A DNA stretch of 64,000 nt from Candidatus Dormiibacterota bacterium. GTDB lineage: Bacteria > Chloroflexota > Dormibacteria > Aeolococcales > Aeolococcaceae. The position numbers and the translations under genes are program-made. This document shows positions 41,084-50,582 of the stretch, one piece after another; positions within the stretch are counted from its first letter, which is position 1; each line of letters starts with the position of its first letter. Under the pieces are notes generated by a model. It was not told the DNA's origin. It worked only from the letters and a program-made list of their open reading frames with translations, and did not search any database. The stretch spans positions 128,001 to 192,000 of the forward strand of contig OY970355.1 in assembly GCA_963718525.1 (NCBI GenBank), in the 5' to 3' direction.

Positions 41084-41557
41084 TCAAGACAGCTCGAGAA
41101 TCGTCTCCTCGATCTCGGCGTTCCGTGCTGGAGCAAAGGACACTTCCGTCGCGATCGGCTGGAAGCCCGCCTTCTGAAGCACTCGGAGCGACCCGGCGTT
41201 GTCGCTCGCAGCACGGGCTCGGATCGGCCGAACCGAGATCTCCTCGAGGAGCATGGCCAGCGCCCGCGTTGCAATCCCTTGCCCCCAACAAGTGCGATCG
41301 ATCCAGTAGGTGACCTCGGTCGTGCCCTCGGAGACGTAGCTGCCTATGGTGCCGACGAGCCGAGAATCGCGGATGATCGCCCGAAGCGTGTTCTCAGTGG
41401 AGGACAAGATCTTGGCCATATGGGCGTCGAAGCCGCTTCGATCGCTCGGGTCTTCAGCTGTGAATGCCGCCATGCGCACTGACTCCGGGTCGCGCATCTC
41501 CTCGAAGATCGCGTCGAGATCTGAAACCTCCACCGGACGAAGCACAACCTGCGACAT
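41084..41557 (-). CDS. GNAT (RimJ/RimL-like) acetyltransferase
   Basis: YWI...WGQGIAT, DNAGSLRVLQKAGF. Confidence 0.9.
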   Translation of the reverse strand: MSQVVLRPVEVSDLDAIFEEMRDPESVRMAAFTAEDPSDRSGFDAHMAKILSSTENTLRAIIRDSRLVGTIGSYVSEGTTEVTYWIDRTCWGQGIATRALAMLLEEISVRPIRARAASDNAGSLRVLQKAGFQPIATEVSFAPARNAEIEETILELS

Positions 41558-41610
41558 GCGGACGGTCCTCCTGGTTCCGACACTTCCGAGCGACTCACCA
41601 ACCCTTGTCG

Positions 41611-42216
41611 TCACTGGGACCGCGCAAGCAAGAAATCGAACGTGGTCCGAATGAATTCATCCATTGGAGCGCGATCACTGATCAACTTCGCGCGCGTTGC
41701 CGCGCCCTCGTAGCCGTCGACGAGATAACGCCCGAGTGCATCGACATCTGCGCCCTCGTCGAGCTCCCCCGCTTCCTGCGCCTGAACGAGCGCCTTGCTG
41801 ACTGCCGCGCTCCAATTGTCGAGGGCTTCGGTCACGGCGTTCGTAATCTGGGTGCTGTGTGGAGCGAGCTCGGTCGCGAAGTTGCCGAGCAAGCAGCCCC
41901 TTCGGACACCGCAGCTGACGTTCTGCTCGATGACCGCTTCGAAATACCTTCGGATCCGCTCGAGTGTGGTGCCATCGCCTGAGAAGATGTCGCTCGCGCC
42001 GGCCTCGACCACGTAGGCGCCGACGAGGCGGCTGTAGGCGTGCACGACCTCGATCCCCAGCGCCTCCTTGCTCGCAAAGTGGTTGTAGAAGGATCCCTTC
42101 GGTACGCCGGCCGCCTCGACGATGTCCTGGACGCTGGAGCCGTTGAACCCGCGGGTGTGGAACACGTCCACGGCGCTCTCGATGAGCTGATCCCTGACGC
42201 TGGCTCGCGGCACCAC
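41611..42216 (-). CDS. TetR family regulator (NemR-like)
   Basis: AGVPKGSFYNHFASKE, GCLLGN. Confidence 0.92.
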   Translation of the reverse strand: MVPRASVRDQLIESAVDVFHTRGFNGSSVQDIVEAAGVPKGSFYNHFASKEALGIEVVHAYSRLVGAYVVEAGASDIFSGDGTTLERIRRYFEAVIEQNVSCGVRRGCLLGNFATELAPHSTQITNAVTEALDNWSAAVSKALVQAQEAGELDEGADVDALGRYLVDGYEGAATRAKLISDRAPMDEFIRTTFDFLLARSQ

Positions 42217-42314
42217 CCCACTATCTCAGGTTTGGATAAGATGACCGGTCATATTGCCGATCGGGACATCCCATCCGGCTCCAGCGCCATTCATCGACCG
42301 CAAGGAGGTCTCCC

Positions 42315-42743
42315 ATGCCGATGATCGACGTCTTCGCCTCAGAAGGCACCTTCAAGGACAAGCACCTGCTCGCCCAGGATCTCGCCAGGGCGGTCATGCG
42401 CTGGGAGAAGGTGCCCGAGATCCCCTTGTTCTTCGAGAACACCGCCGCGTTCATCCACGACCTGCCTGCTGCGGCGATCTCGAATGCGGCCGGCGACAGT
42501 AATTACGTCCGCGTCCAGGTGCTCACGCCGGTCCACGTCCTTGATCGCGAGAAGCAACTCGGCGTCGTCAAGGAGCTCACGGAGATCGTCGTCGCAGCCG
42601 CCGGCGACCCGAGCCTGACCGATCGTACGTGGGTATTGATCACGGAATCGCCGGAGGGCGGGTGGGGCATCGACGGTCATGCCAACACCAGCGACGACAT
42701 CGTTGCTTCGGCACGGGCGGCGCTGCAGGCGAAGGCAGGCTGA
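42315..42743 (+). CDS. tautomerase family protein
   Basis: N-terminal Pro; TWVLITE..GGWGI; divergent from the TetR gene. Confidence 0.85.
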   Translation: MPMIDVFASEGTFKDKHLLAQDLARAVMRWEKVPEIPLFFENTAAFIHDLPAAAISNAAGDSNYVRVQVLTPVHVLDREKQLGVVKELTEIVVAAAGDPSLTDRTWVLITESPEGGWGIDGHANTSDDIVASARAALQAKAG

Positions 42744-42753
42744 GCCACCGTGA

Positions 42754-44601
42754 TCAACTCGGGGTGGATCCCACATACACGCCGTCCAGATCAAGCGCGG
42801 TTCCGCCTTCGCACGCAAGCCGCAGCGAGCCCGCTCGATCGTCCCCCGACGCCACCACGACGGTGCTCGCCGCGGGGATCCACTGCCCATTGATGGCGAG
42901 GCTGTCATGGGCCGCGGCGGCGGGCGTTGCAAACTGCATGGTGACGGTGCTGCCAATCGCGACAGCGATGTCCGTCGTCACTCCATCGCAGCTCATCATC
43001 TTTGGTGCGGGGATGAGTGATACGGATCCCGCCGCGGGCTCGAACGGTGTGGCCGTCGCGGCGATCCCTGCACTGTCAACGCTGGCGTAGCTGGAACCGA
43101 GGTGGAACAGATCCTGGCTCACCTCGCCGAACCACGCCCAGCGTTCCAGCACCGCACGCGCCGTGGATGAGAAGCGGACGTTCTGTGGAGCGGTGTAAAG
43201 ATACGTGTACCCCTGCGCCGGCAGGGCATCCAGGAGCCGGGTCGTGACGATGATGGGGAGGAGCATCATCCCGCGTCGCCGTGCGTAGTACGGTACCGCC
43301 GGCGACCACGTCAGACCGTCGAACACAATCAGGTCTTGCGGCTTCGTGCCTGCGTCGATCTCGCGTGCCTGCGGTAACACGTTCTCGGGATCGGCCACGT
43401 GGTTTGTGTAGATGGGCGCAAGGAAGTCGCGCTGAGCAACCAGTGCAGAACCCAACGATGCGAGGATGGCGAGCACGGCCACGACCCGCACCGGGGTAGG
43501 ACGCCAGTAGCGGATGACCCCGTCGAGCGAGTAGCCCAGGACAGCCGCAACGGCGGGAGTCACCGCAGCAAGGTAGTACTGCTGGACGACATAGAGATTG
43601 AAGAACACAAGCACCGGCAGGGCGCCGGCCAGGAGGATGCCGATCCACACCGCCCGCCGCTCACGGAGCCACGCAATGCCGCAGAGGATCGCGAATGCCC
43701 ACAGCGGCAGCCCGGTCACGAGGGTGTCGAATGGGTGAATGACGTCGTACCAGGCGTGGACGCTGAAGCGCTGAGCGATGGTGCCGAAGTTCCAGATGAA
43801 CAGTGCCTCGCTGGTGAGCCAGCTGGTGGCAGGGTTCGACGCCTTGATGTCGTCGGCGTGGTGCGTCCAGAGCACGCACGCAATCAGTGGAATCAGGAAC
43901 AGCACCAGGGAGACATTCAGTCGATCACGAAGCCAGATCCGCAGGGGCGGCCTCGGTCCGCGAGACCAATACAGCAACAGTGGCACCATCCAGAAGATCG
44001 CGCTGGTCACCTTGACGACCATCGCGAGCGTGCCGAGAACAATGGCGAGCGCTGCAAAACGCTTGTGACGTTTGTCGATCCAGATCATCCCGGCCCAGAC
44101 GTACGCGACCGAGAAGGCCGTCGCCATGTATTCGATCATCGACGACCGGCTCCACCAGATATTGAACGGTGACAGCAGGAAGACAAGGAGCGCGATCACC
44201 GCGGCAGTCCGCGTCGAGAGGTGGCGAACCAGCCCCCACAGCGCGAACGCAGTTGCCATGAAACAGATCAGCCCGCTCGCTCGCAGCGCAATGTCGGTGG
44301 CCACGCCCAGGTTCATGACGAGAGCAGCCATGGCCTGGAACAGCGGGAACTCGAACGGGACCTGCCATGGGCTGCCCGACACCGGGAGCTGAGGGTTGAG
44401 CAGATTGATCCCCTGCTGGTGATAGATGAGAGCCGGATACGCCGTCTCGGTCTGCCGAAACGACGAGATCGCGGTCAACGGCTGGCTCAGATGCGGCAGG
44501 CGTATGAGGAGTCCGATCGCCAGGAGTCCCAGCACGATTCCTGCCTCTTGGAGACCGGGATCGGCCCAGACGCTCCGACCCCTTCCTGCGAATCGCTGCA
44601 T
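42754..44601 (-). CDS. GT-C (family 39/ArnT-like) membrane glycosyltransferase
   Basis: FRQTET, PFEFPLFQ; many TM segments. Confidence 0.8.
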   Translation of the reverse strand: MQRFAGRGRSVWADPGLQEAGIVLGLLAIGLLIRLPHLSQPLTAISSFRQTETAYPALIYHQQGINLLNPQLPVSGSPWQVPFEFPLFQAMAALVMNLGVATDIALRASGLICFMATAFALWGLVRHLSTRTAAVIALLVFLLSPFNIWWSRSSMIEYMATAFSVAYVWAGMIWIDKRHKRFAALAIVLGTLAMVVKVTSAIFWMVPLLLYWSRGPRPPLRIWLRDRLNVSLVLFLIPLIACVLWTHHADDIKASNPATSWLTSEALFIWNFGTIAQRFSVHAWYDVIHPFDTLVTGLPLWAFAILCGIAWLRERRAVWIGILLAGALPVLVFFNLYVVQQYYLAAVTPAVAAVLGYSLDGVIRYWRPTPVRVVAVLAILASLGSALVAQRDFLAPIYTNHVADPENVLPQAREIDAGTKPQDLIVFDGLTWSPAVPYYARRRGMMLLPIIVTTRLLDALPAQGYTYLYTAPQNVRFSSTARAVLERWAWFGEVSQDLFHLGSSYASVDSAGIAATATPFEPAAGSVSLIPAPKMMSCDGVTTDIAVAIGSTVTMQFATPAAAAHDSLAINGQWIPAASTVVVASGDDRAGSLRLACEGGTALDLDGVYVGSTPS

Positions 44602-44729
44602 GGGGCGGATTGTATGGACTTTTGCCCTGCGCGACGATCATCGTTTGCGTAGTAGGGCTGTGTCCGCCCTTCAGCTGAAACTGGACCCGAACACGAGTTT
44701 GCCCCACTCCTATGAGGTACGCCCCCACC

Positions 44730-45074
44730 ATGGCTAAGCCCGAGCGCGAATTCTTCGCCACCAACACCGTCGACTTCACCCCCTGCGCCGGCGACGTCGT
44801 GACTCTCACTGAATCCATCCTTGCCGCCGATCCTGAAACCGGCGTCGCCACCTCGCTGATGCGCTTCGCGCCCGGTGCCGACACCACGCCCAACGGAGTC
44901 CAGACACACGAGTTCTGGGAAGAGGTGTACATCGTCGAGGGCTCGATCACCGATCTGCGGTTGAATGAAACCTTCACCGCCGGTATGTACGCCTGCCGTC
45001 CGCCGGGCATGCCCCACGGACCATGGCGTAGCGATGACGGGTGTCTGACCTTCCAGGTGCGCTACCGGGCTTGA
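44730..45074 (+). CDS. cupin (ChrR-like) protein
   Basis: HEFWEEVYIVEG, YACRPPGMPHGP. Confidence 0.85.
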   Translation: MAKPEREFFATNTVDFTPCAGDVVTLTESILAADPETGVATSLMRFAPGADTTPNGVQTHEFWEEVYIVEGSITDLRLNETFTAGMYACRPPGMPHGPWRSDDGCLTFQVRYRA

Positions 45075-45119
45075 TGGTTCCAGCTGGCCCGACGGTCGGA
45101 CGGTGCGCGCGCAGCGTAT

Positions 45120-45640
45120 CTATGCCTCGAGCTGCGGGGCAACTTCACGCTCGCGTCGCCCCGCCGGCTCTGGATCGCCAGCGTCACGTTCGAGCGCCTG
45201 CCACGCTTCCCCTCGCACGATGTACCCCACGTTTGCGTGGCTGACTCCAAATGCTGATGCGATGGAACGGTAAGTGACTCCATAGCGCGCCATGCGCCTG
45301 ATCGATAACACGTCAATGACGGTGAGCTTCGCATTGGGATGGCGTTCGCCGCGGTATGTGCGGCGATTGAGCACCTGCTGCTCCCAAGTCGTCCAACGAC
45401 AGTTGCCCGGTTCGTAATTGCCGTCGTTGTTGATCCGATCCAGCGTCAGGTGGTCAGGACACGACCCCATGTCGGCGAGGAAGGCCTCGAACCGATGCCA
45501 GCGACGGCAATGGTGATTCCGCGACCGCCATAGCGCACCCAGTCGGCGCTCGAGGGATTCGTGCAGCGCCTCAACATGTCCCTCCAGGCGTGGTATGTGC
45601 GCGTTCCGCTGCCTGCTGCTTGTCCGTGACTGCGCGACAT
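45120..45640 (-). pseudogene. phage-type HNH endonuclease with C-terminal HTH, -1 frameshift near 45509
   Basis: TY.AW..M..RC.NP..YGGRGI | C.RW..F..F..DMG..TLDRINNDGNYEPGNCRW..GERHPNAKLT. Confidence 0.8.
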
Positions 45641-45872
45641 ACACGAATCGAACCAGGACGTCGGGCACGTTTCGCGGACTGTCGAGCGCCGGGGCAGGAA
45701 GGTTCGCCGCCCAGGGTCACAGTCCGCGTGGGTTCACGACGATGGCCCCTTGTGTGATGCGAGCCAAGACGACCCCGGCCTCCTCATCGCGAGACGGGTT
45801 TTCGACGCCGTACGCGGTCCCTGCAACCGATCATGTGCACATTAACGCCCGGGGACACATAGACTCCGAGCT

Positions 45873-46820
45873 GTGCAGCACTTGCGACGGCGGCCTCTCG
45901 GTGCCTCGGGGATCGAGGTCTCGACGCTTGCACTCGGATCCTGGCGCACGTACGAGCGGATTCCGCGAGAGCAGGGCATCGGCGTCATGCGTGCAGCGCG
46001 AGAGCGCGGGATCATCTTCTTCGACGATGCCCGCTACGACGACGAAAGCGGAGGAGCGCCGATCCGGACCGGATATTCAGAGGTCTTGTTCGGGGAGCTG
46101 TTTCGCGCCACAGGATGGAGACGCGACGAGGTCGTCGTCGCCAACAAGCTCTGGTGGGAGTTTTGGCCTGATCAGTCAGCTGCCCAGGAGCTCGACGACT
46201 CCCTGGGTCGAATGGGCTTTGACTACATCGATCTCGCGTATTCCTGGGCGACGCCCGGCGGGCCGCCCATCGAGACGATCGTCACCTCCATCGGAGCGTT
46301 GATCACATCCGGAAAACTGCGCGCGTGGGGCACCGGAAATTGGCAGCCGGCGGATCACGAAAGGGCAGCTGGACTTGCCCTTGAACAGGGGATACCACCG
46401 CCGTGTGCCGCACAGCTACCCTACAACCTCGGCGTCCGTGACTATGTCGAGTCTCCGGCTGCGGTTCAGGCTCTCGACCACTCAGGTGCTGCTGTTGTCG
46501 CCTCCTTCGTCCTTCACGGAGGCGTGCTCACCGGCAAGTACGCAAAGCACCTCGCGTCTGGCCGCATGGCCGACGAGCTCGAGGATCCAGAACTGCAGCC
46601 GCTCCTGCAGGCTGCCAGTGATCTGCGCACACTCGCCACCAAGCTCGACTCGACGCCCGCCATGCTCGCGATCGCATTCGCGATGGCCAATGAACGCGTG
46701 GCGACAGTGCTCTTCGGCGCCACAACCCCCGAGCAGGTCGCTGAAAACGTTCGAGCCATCGAGCTTCTAGATCGCCTTGACGCCGCAAGTCTTGCCGAGC
46801 TGCGGGCGATTGGCACTTGA
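45873..46820 (+). CDS. aldo/keto reductase
   Basis: LG.SGIEVS.LALG, FFDDA..Y, SL.RMG.DYID, GAT.PEQV.EN. Confidence 0.92.
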   Translation: MQHLRRRPLGASGIEVSTLALGSWRTYERIPREQGIGVMRAARERGIIFFDDARYDDESGGAPIRTGYSEVLFGELFRATGWRRDEVVVANKLWWEFWPDQSAAQELDDSLGRMGFDYIDLAYSWATPGGPPIETIVTSIGALITSGKLRAWGTGNWQPADHERAAGLALEQGIPPPCAAQLPYNLGVRDYVESPAAVQALDHSGAAVVASFVLHGGVLTGKYAKHLASGRMADELEDPELQPLLQAASDLRTLATKLDSTPAMLAIAFAMANERVATVLFGATTPEQVAENVRAIELLDRLDAASLAELRAIGT

Positions 46821-47127
46821 TGAGTTGATTTAGAACCGACCTACTCGAGACGCGCTGACGCAGACAGTCGGTTGCGCCGTGACTCGGCTCCGATGCGCTA
46901 CATCGCTCGGATCTTCACCTCACTTCCCGCAGCTTTTGGCGCCAGTCACCACCACACGGATCAGTGCCTCCGGCACGGTGCTCCCGGTGCCCCCCCGACA
47001 GGAATCGTACCGGCGACCAACTTGCCACCCGGCGCGCCGCAATCGCTGGCAACGATGCCGGACCGGAGACTCAAGCTCACCGCCATACCGCGCGGCGGAT
47101 GGCAGCGCTTCTTTCAAGTATTCGTAC

Positions 47128-47202
47128 TGGAGCGGGAGACGGGGCTCGAACCCGCAACTTCAACCTTGGGAAGGTTGTACTCTACCATTGAGTTACTCCC
47201 GC
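47128..47202 (-). tRNA. tRNA-Gly(CCC)
   Basis: GCGGGAG acceptor stem, CAACC-TTCCCAA-GGTTG anticodon arm, TTCGA T-loop, encoded CCA; 75 nt. Confidence 0.97.
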
Positions 47203-47222
47203 ACGGGATTTGATCTCGGTTA

Positions 47223-47279
47223 GAGTGTTTCCCTTACAAAAGTGAAGTAGTGGATCAACTCCCCAAGGTTGGGGGAAAC
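47223..47279. repeat. recombinase-flanking repeat cluster (tRNA side)
   Basis: GAGTGTTTCCC plus ACAAAAGTGAAGTAGTGGA; inverted GGGGAAAC at 47272. Confidence 0.65.
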
Positions 47280-47399
47280 GCTCGGCGAGGAGGCCATGGT
47301 AGACGACGCGTGAACCACCGCACGCACACGGCATCTGCGGAATGCGTCAGGCGTGTGAGAGCTCGGGAGATCGGCACGAAGCAAATGCTGAATTTCGGG

Positions 47400-48329
47400 C
47401 TAACGCTCCGCCCGGAGAACCTCCATCAGACGGTCGTGGGCATCGTCACTCCCGAGGTTGTTGTAGTGCTCGCGGATCATCGCCTCCGATCCGTGGCCCA
47501 TGATCTTCTCCACCACGATCGTGCTCTGTCCGCTCATCAGCAGCCAGCGGCACGCGCTGTGGCGGAGGACGTACGGGTTGACGACCTTGCGCACGCCGGC
47601 ATCAATCGCCAACGCGCCGACCATCTGACGAACGCCGGGGACAGTAAGCCCCTCGCGCTCCCCCGTGCGCCGGTTACGACGCAGGCCAACGAAGATCGGA
47701 TCGTTGTCATCACCACGAGCGAGCGCCCGCAAGCGGTCGTACATTTCGCCGGTGATCGGGACGTCGCGCTCGTCGGCCTTGCCACCGATGCGCACGTAAT
47801 GACGACGTCCGACGTGGCGAAGGTCACCCTTCGTAATCGAGATGAGTTCGCCCGGCCTCATGCCGGTGTCGGCGAACAGCCGAATGATCACGCGGTCTCG
47901 CTCAGTGGCGGCGGTGCGCTCCAGCAGCGCGATCTGGTCCCGCTCCAAGGTGTCCACCTTGCGTCCCGGCACCTTGTGCAACGTGACCTTCGGCGCGACG
48001 GCCGCGTGCTCGTCGGCGTACCACTTGAGGAGCTGGTTGGCGGCCTTGTGGTAGGTCTTGACGGTGTTATCCGACAGCGGCGCGTCAGATCGCGTCAGGC
48101 GGTCGCGGATGTCAGCGGCAAAGCGCTCCAGGGTGCCCTGGTCGATGTCGGCGACGCTGGTGATGTCTTGCTCCCGGCACCATGGCAGGAGCACCGCATG
48201 CAGGGAGTACCCGTAGGAGTGCTTGATCGTGCTCGGCTTGACTCCCCGCGAGCGGCACGCGATCAAGTAGTCGCCGATCTCGGTGGCGAGGTCGGGGCGC
48301 GCACCCTTGGCAACCTTGATCCTCGCCAC
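47400..48329 (-). CDS. tyrosine recombinase (XerC/D-size, non-IntI)
   Basis: TGMR(R), GGK(K), PYVLRH (Y in place of H), MGH, HY; GTG at 48329 with GAGGA RBS. Confidence 0.92.
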   Translation of the reverse strand: MARIKVAKGARPDLATEIGDYLIACRSRGVKPSTIKHSYGYSLHAVLLPWCREQDITSVADIDQGTLERFAADIRDRLTRSDAPLSDNTVKTYHKAANQLLKWYADEHAAVAPKVTLHKVPGRKVDTLERDQIALLERTAATERDRVIIRLFADTGMRPGELISITKGDLRHVGRRHYVRIGGKADERDVPITGEMYDRLRALARGDDNDPIFVGLRRNRRTGEREGLTVPGVRQMVGALAIDAGVRKVVNPYVLRHSACRWLLMSGQSTIVVEKIMGHGSEAMIREHYNNLGSDDAHDRLMEVLRAER

Positions 48330-48342
48330 AGTGCCTGTCCTC

Positions 48343-48380
48343 ACAAAGGGAAGTAGTGGAGTGTTTCCCCCATTAAAAGG
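48343..48380. repeat. recombinase-flanking repeat cluster (upstream side)
   Basis: ACAAAGGGAAGTAGTGGA plus GAGTGTTTCCC: the same boxes as at 47223 in swapped order. Confidence 0.65.
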
Positions 48381-48409
48381 GTTTTGGTGGCTATCCGCCA
48401 GTCGCGGCC

Positions 48410-49039
48410 TCAGCTGCAATGCCAGGGCCCTACAGCGCTGATTGTCGAGCTGGACACCGTCGTGTTGTGACCCACAGACAATTGAAGAGTCGCGGCGACC
48501 ATCCCTGACCGACCATCGCCACCCGTAATGGTCAACACCCCCGCGACCGATTGCCACAACTCATCCGTACCGTATCGCAGGATTGGGCCGCCATTCACGT
48601 ACTGCCAGATTGCGCCCGTGCCGTCCTGCTGGATGGCAACCTTTGGCTCGCCATCACCTGCACCGAGTGGTCCAGGCCACGGTGGTAGGTCGTATCTCCC
48701 CGGGCCGGTATAGGCGCCCATGATTTCGATGTAGAGCCAAGCGCCAAGGTCGCCACCCGAAAGACGGAGCACGGCGTCGAGGGTGTGACCGGATACTGAG
48801 CATGTCGACGACGCATCAGGGACCGCCTTGACACACTCGTTAAGACCTCCGACGAGTGCGAGGTGATCAAACGGGCAGTCCATGGGTATTGGCGTTGGTT
48901 CCGAAAACGCGGTGACCGGATGAGCCAGTCTGGTGTCGCGCAGTCCGCTGATGAGCCAGGACGCACCGCCGACCACGACCACGAAGCCCGCCAACCCGAG
49001 CAGGACCGCGCGCCGGAGGTTTCGTTCGGACATGCCCAT
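48410..49039 (-). CDS. membrane-anchored protein (paralog family B)
   Basis: Shares GG..EC, YDLPPWP and WQSVAGVLTITG.DG.SG with 25299-25892. Confidence 0.8.
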   Translation of the reverse strand: MGMSERNLRRAVLLGLAGFVVVVGGASWLISGLRDTRLAHPVTAFSEPTPIPMDCPFDHLALVGGLNECVKAVPDASSTCSVSGHTLDAVLRLSGGDLGAWLYIEIMGAYTGPGRYDLPPWPGPLGAGDGEPKVAIQQDGTGAIWQYVNGGPILRYGTDELWQSVAGVLTITGGDGRSGMVAATLQLSVGHNTTVSSSTISAVGPWHCS

Positions 49040-49124
49040 GGAGGACTCCTCGAACTCGACTATAGGCACTCGGATGGAGGTGCGCGACGCACCCGATCAC
49101 GCGCCAGCCAGCACTTCCTCGCAC

Positions 49125-49913
49125 TCACGGAAGAAACTCCGCCGGCTGAAATGGACTGATGAAGATCGTGTCTGGCTGGCACCCTGGTCCTCCTGCGAGA
49201 GTCAGCCTCACCGTGAAGGTGCCGCCGCCGACACGGATTCGGATTGCCGCTATCGCGCTGTTGCATCCGCCATCCTGGTACTGAATTGGTAGCGATGCCT
49301 GCCCGCGAATGCCCCCTTCGGGGTTCGGTCCAGGCGCCGCGCCCTCGTTGCTGAGCGGCAGAAGACCGACACCTCCATTGGGAAGCGTCGGGACATAGCC
49401 GGAAGCGCGGTCAACGGTCGCTGGTGTCGACAGTGGCCGGCCACGAGCGTCCAGCAATTGGACGCTCGGTGTGCCGCGCAGCGTGCATCGTCGCGTTCCA
49501 CGGTCGGTGAAGATCACGTAGGTGATCCCATTGCCCAATGCACCAAAGCTGCTACCCAAACGGACCTCGAGTTGCGACGCGGTGCACGGCGGTCCCACCG
49601 CAGGCAGGAACGAAGTGGGAACGGGCGCCGGAGTCGGCAACGGCGTGGATGCGGGTGTGGGTGTGGGCTGAACGGCGAAGGTCGGGGCGATGGATGCGGT
49701 CGCACGCGGCGGCGTTGTGGCGACGCTTGCGGGGCGGCGCAGCAGCAGCGCGACCGTGAGCACCCCGGCAAGCAACAGGACAGTCGCCATGACCAGTGCA
49801 AACCGTCCGATCCACGGGACCGGGCGCACCGGCGCGCTGTCCCGTGACGGCGGATCCATGGTGACCAGACCGCGCAATCCACCACGGAGGCGTTCCTCGT
49901 CGATCTCAGCCAC
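49125..49913 (-). CDS. putative anti-sigma factor, TM plus DUF4232-like domain
   Basis: PCTASQL, CTLRGTPSVQLLD; overlaps the sigma stop. Confidence 0.75.
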   Translation of the reverse strand: MAEIDEERLRGGLRGLVTMDPPSRDSAPVRPVPWIGRFALVMATVLLLAGVLTVALLLRRPASVATTPPRATASIAPTFAVQPTPTPASTPLPTPAPVPTSFLPAVGPPCTASQLEVRLGSSFGALGNGITYVIFTDRGTRRCTLRGTPSVQLLDARGRPLSTPATVDRASGYVPTLPNGGVGLLPLSNEGAAPGPNPEGGIRGQASLPIQYQDGGCNSAIAAIRIRVGGGTFTVRLTLAGGPGCQPDTIFISPFQPAEFLP

Positions 49914-50418
49914 GATCGTCCCCGACGTGCAGGCGCAAGCTCGCCAGTGCGCGGGCAAGGTGACTCCGCACCGTGCCACCTCGCAACTTGAGGATCACCG
50001 CGACTTCATCGAGCGTGAAACCGTGGCCGTAGTGCAGCGTGATCACCGCTCGCTGCCGGGTGCTGAGCTGCCCAATCGCAGCGCCCAACTCGGCATCCCA
50101 CTGCATCACCGATGAGAGCTCGGATGCCTCGGAAAACGGCACGTGAAGGCGGCTGGACAACGCATGGCGCCGGCGTACGCGGATCGCCGAACGCGCAGCA
50201 ATCGACGCCAACCACGACCGCCGTTTCGAGACGTCGCGGATCCGGGTCCAATTCCTGAGCGCGTCGAACCATGCCGTCTGATAGGCGTCCTCGGCGTCGT
50301 GGAGGTTCGCGGTTATCGCCAGCGCCAGCCCGTACATCTCAGATCCAAACCGTGCCACGGCTTCCTCGACGTCATCCTTCCCGGGGAGCGGGGTCTTGGT
50401 GTGCCCCATGGTTGACAT
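49906..50418 (-). CDS. ECF sigma factor
   Basis: DAEDAYQ, LSTRQRAVITLHY, GTVRSHLARA. Confidence 0.9.
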   Translation of the reverse strand: MSTMGHTKTPLPGKDDVEEAVARFGSEMYGLALAITANLHDAEDAYQTAWFDALRNWTRIRDVSKRRSWLASIAARSAIRVRRRHALSSRLHVPFSEASELSSVMQWDAELGAAIGQLSTRQRAVITLHYGHGFTLDEVAVILKLRGGTVRSHLARALASLRLHVGDDRG

Positions 50419-50582
50419 CTCTACAGCGTTTAGAGGTTCAGCAGGGGCAAACGGTTTACATCGACCGCGACACGGGCGACGGCCACGGGTCGTGACTGGC
50501 TCGTCACGATCAACCCGGCCGGCGGGGGGATGCTTCGGAGGTGATCCGCTTACGAGCAGAGGCGACGAGCCTCCGGCTGGGC

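Noticed and set aside
47128-47175. Duplicated tRNA 3' end (att site) bounding an island
   Set aside because: No second copy was spotted in the window by eye.
47250-48356. 368-aa plus-strand ORF and many similar long overlapping ORFs
   Set aside because: Antisense shadows of real genes in high-GC DNA.
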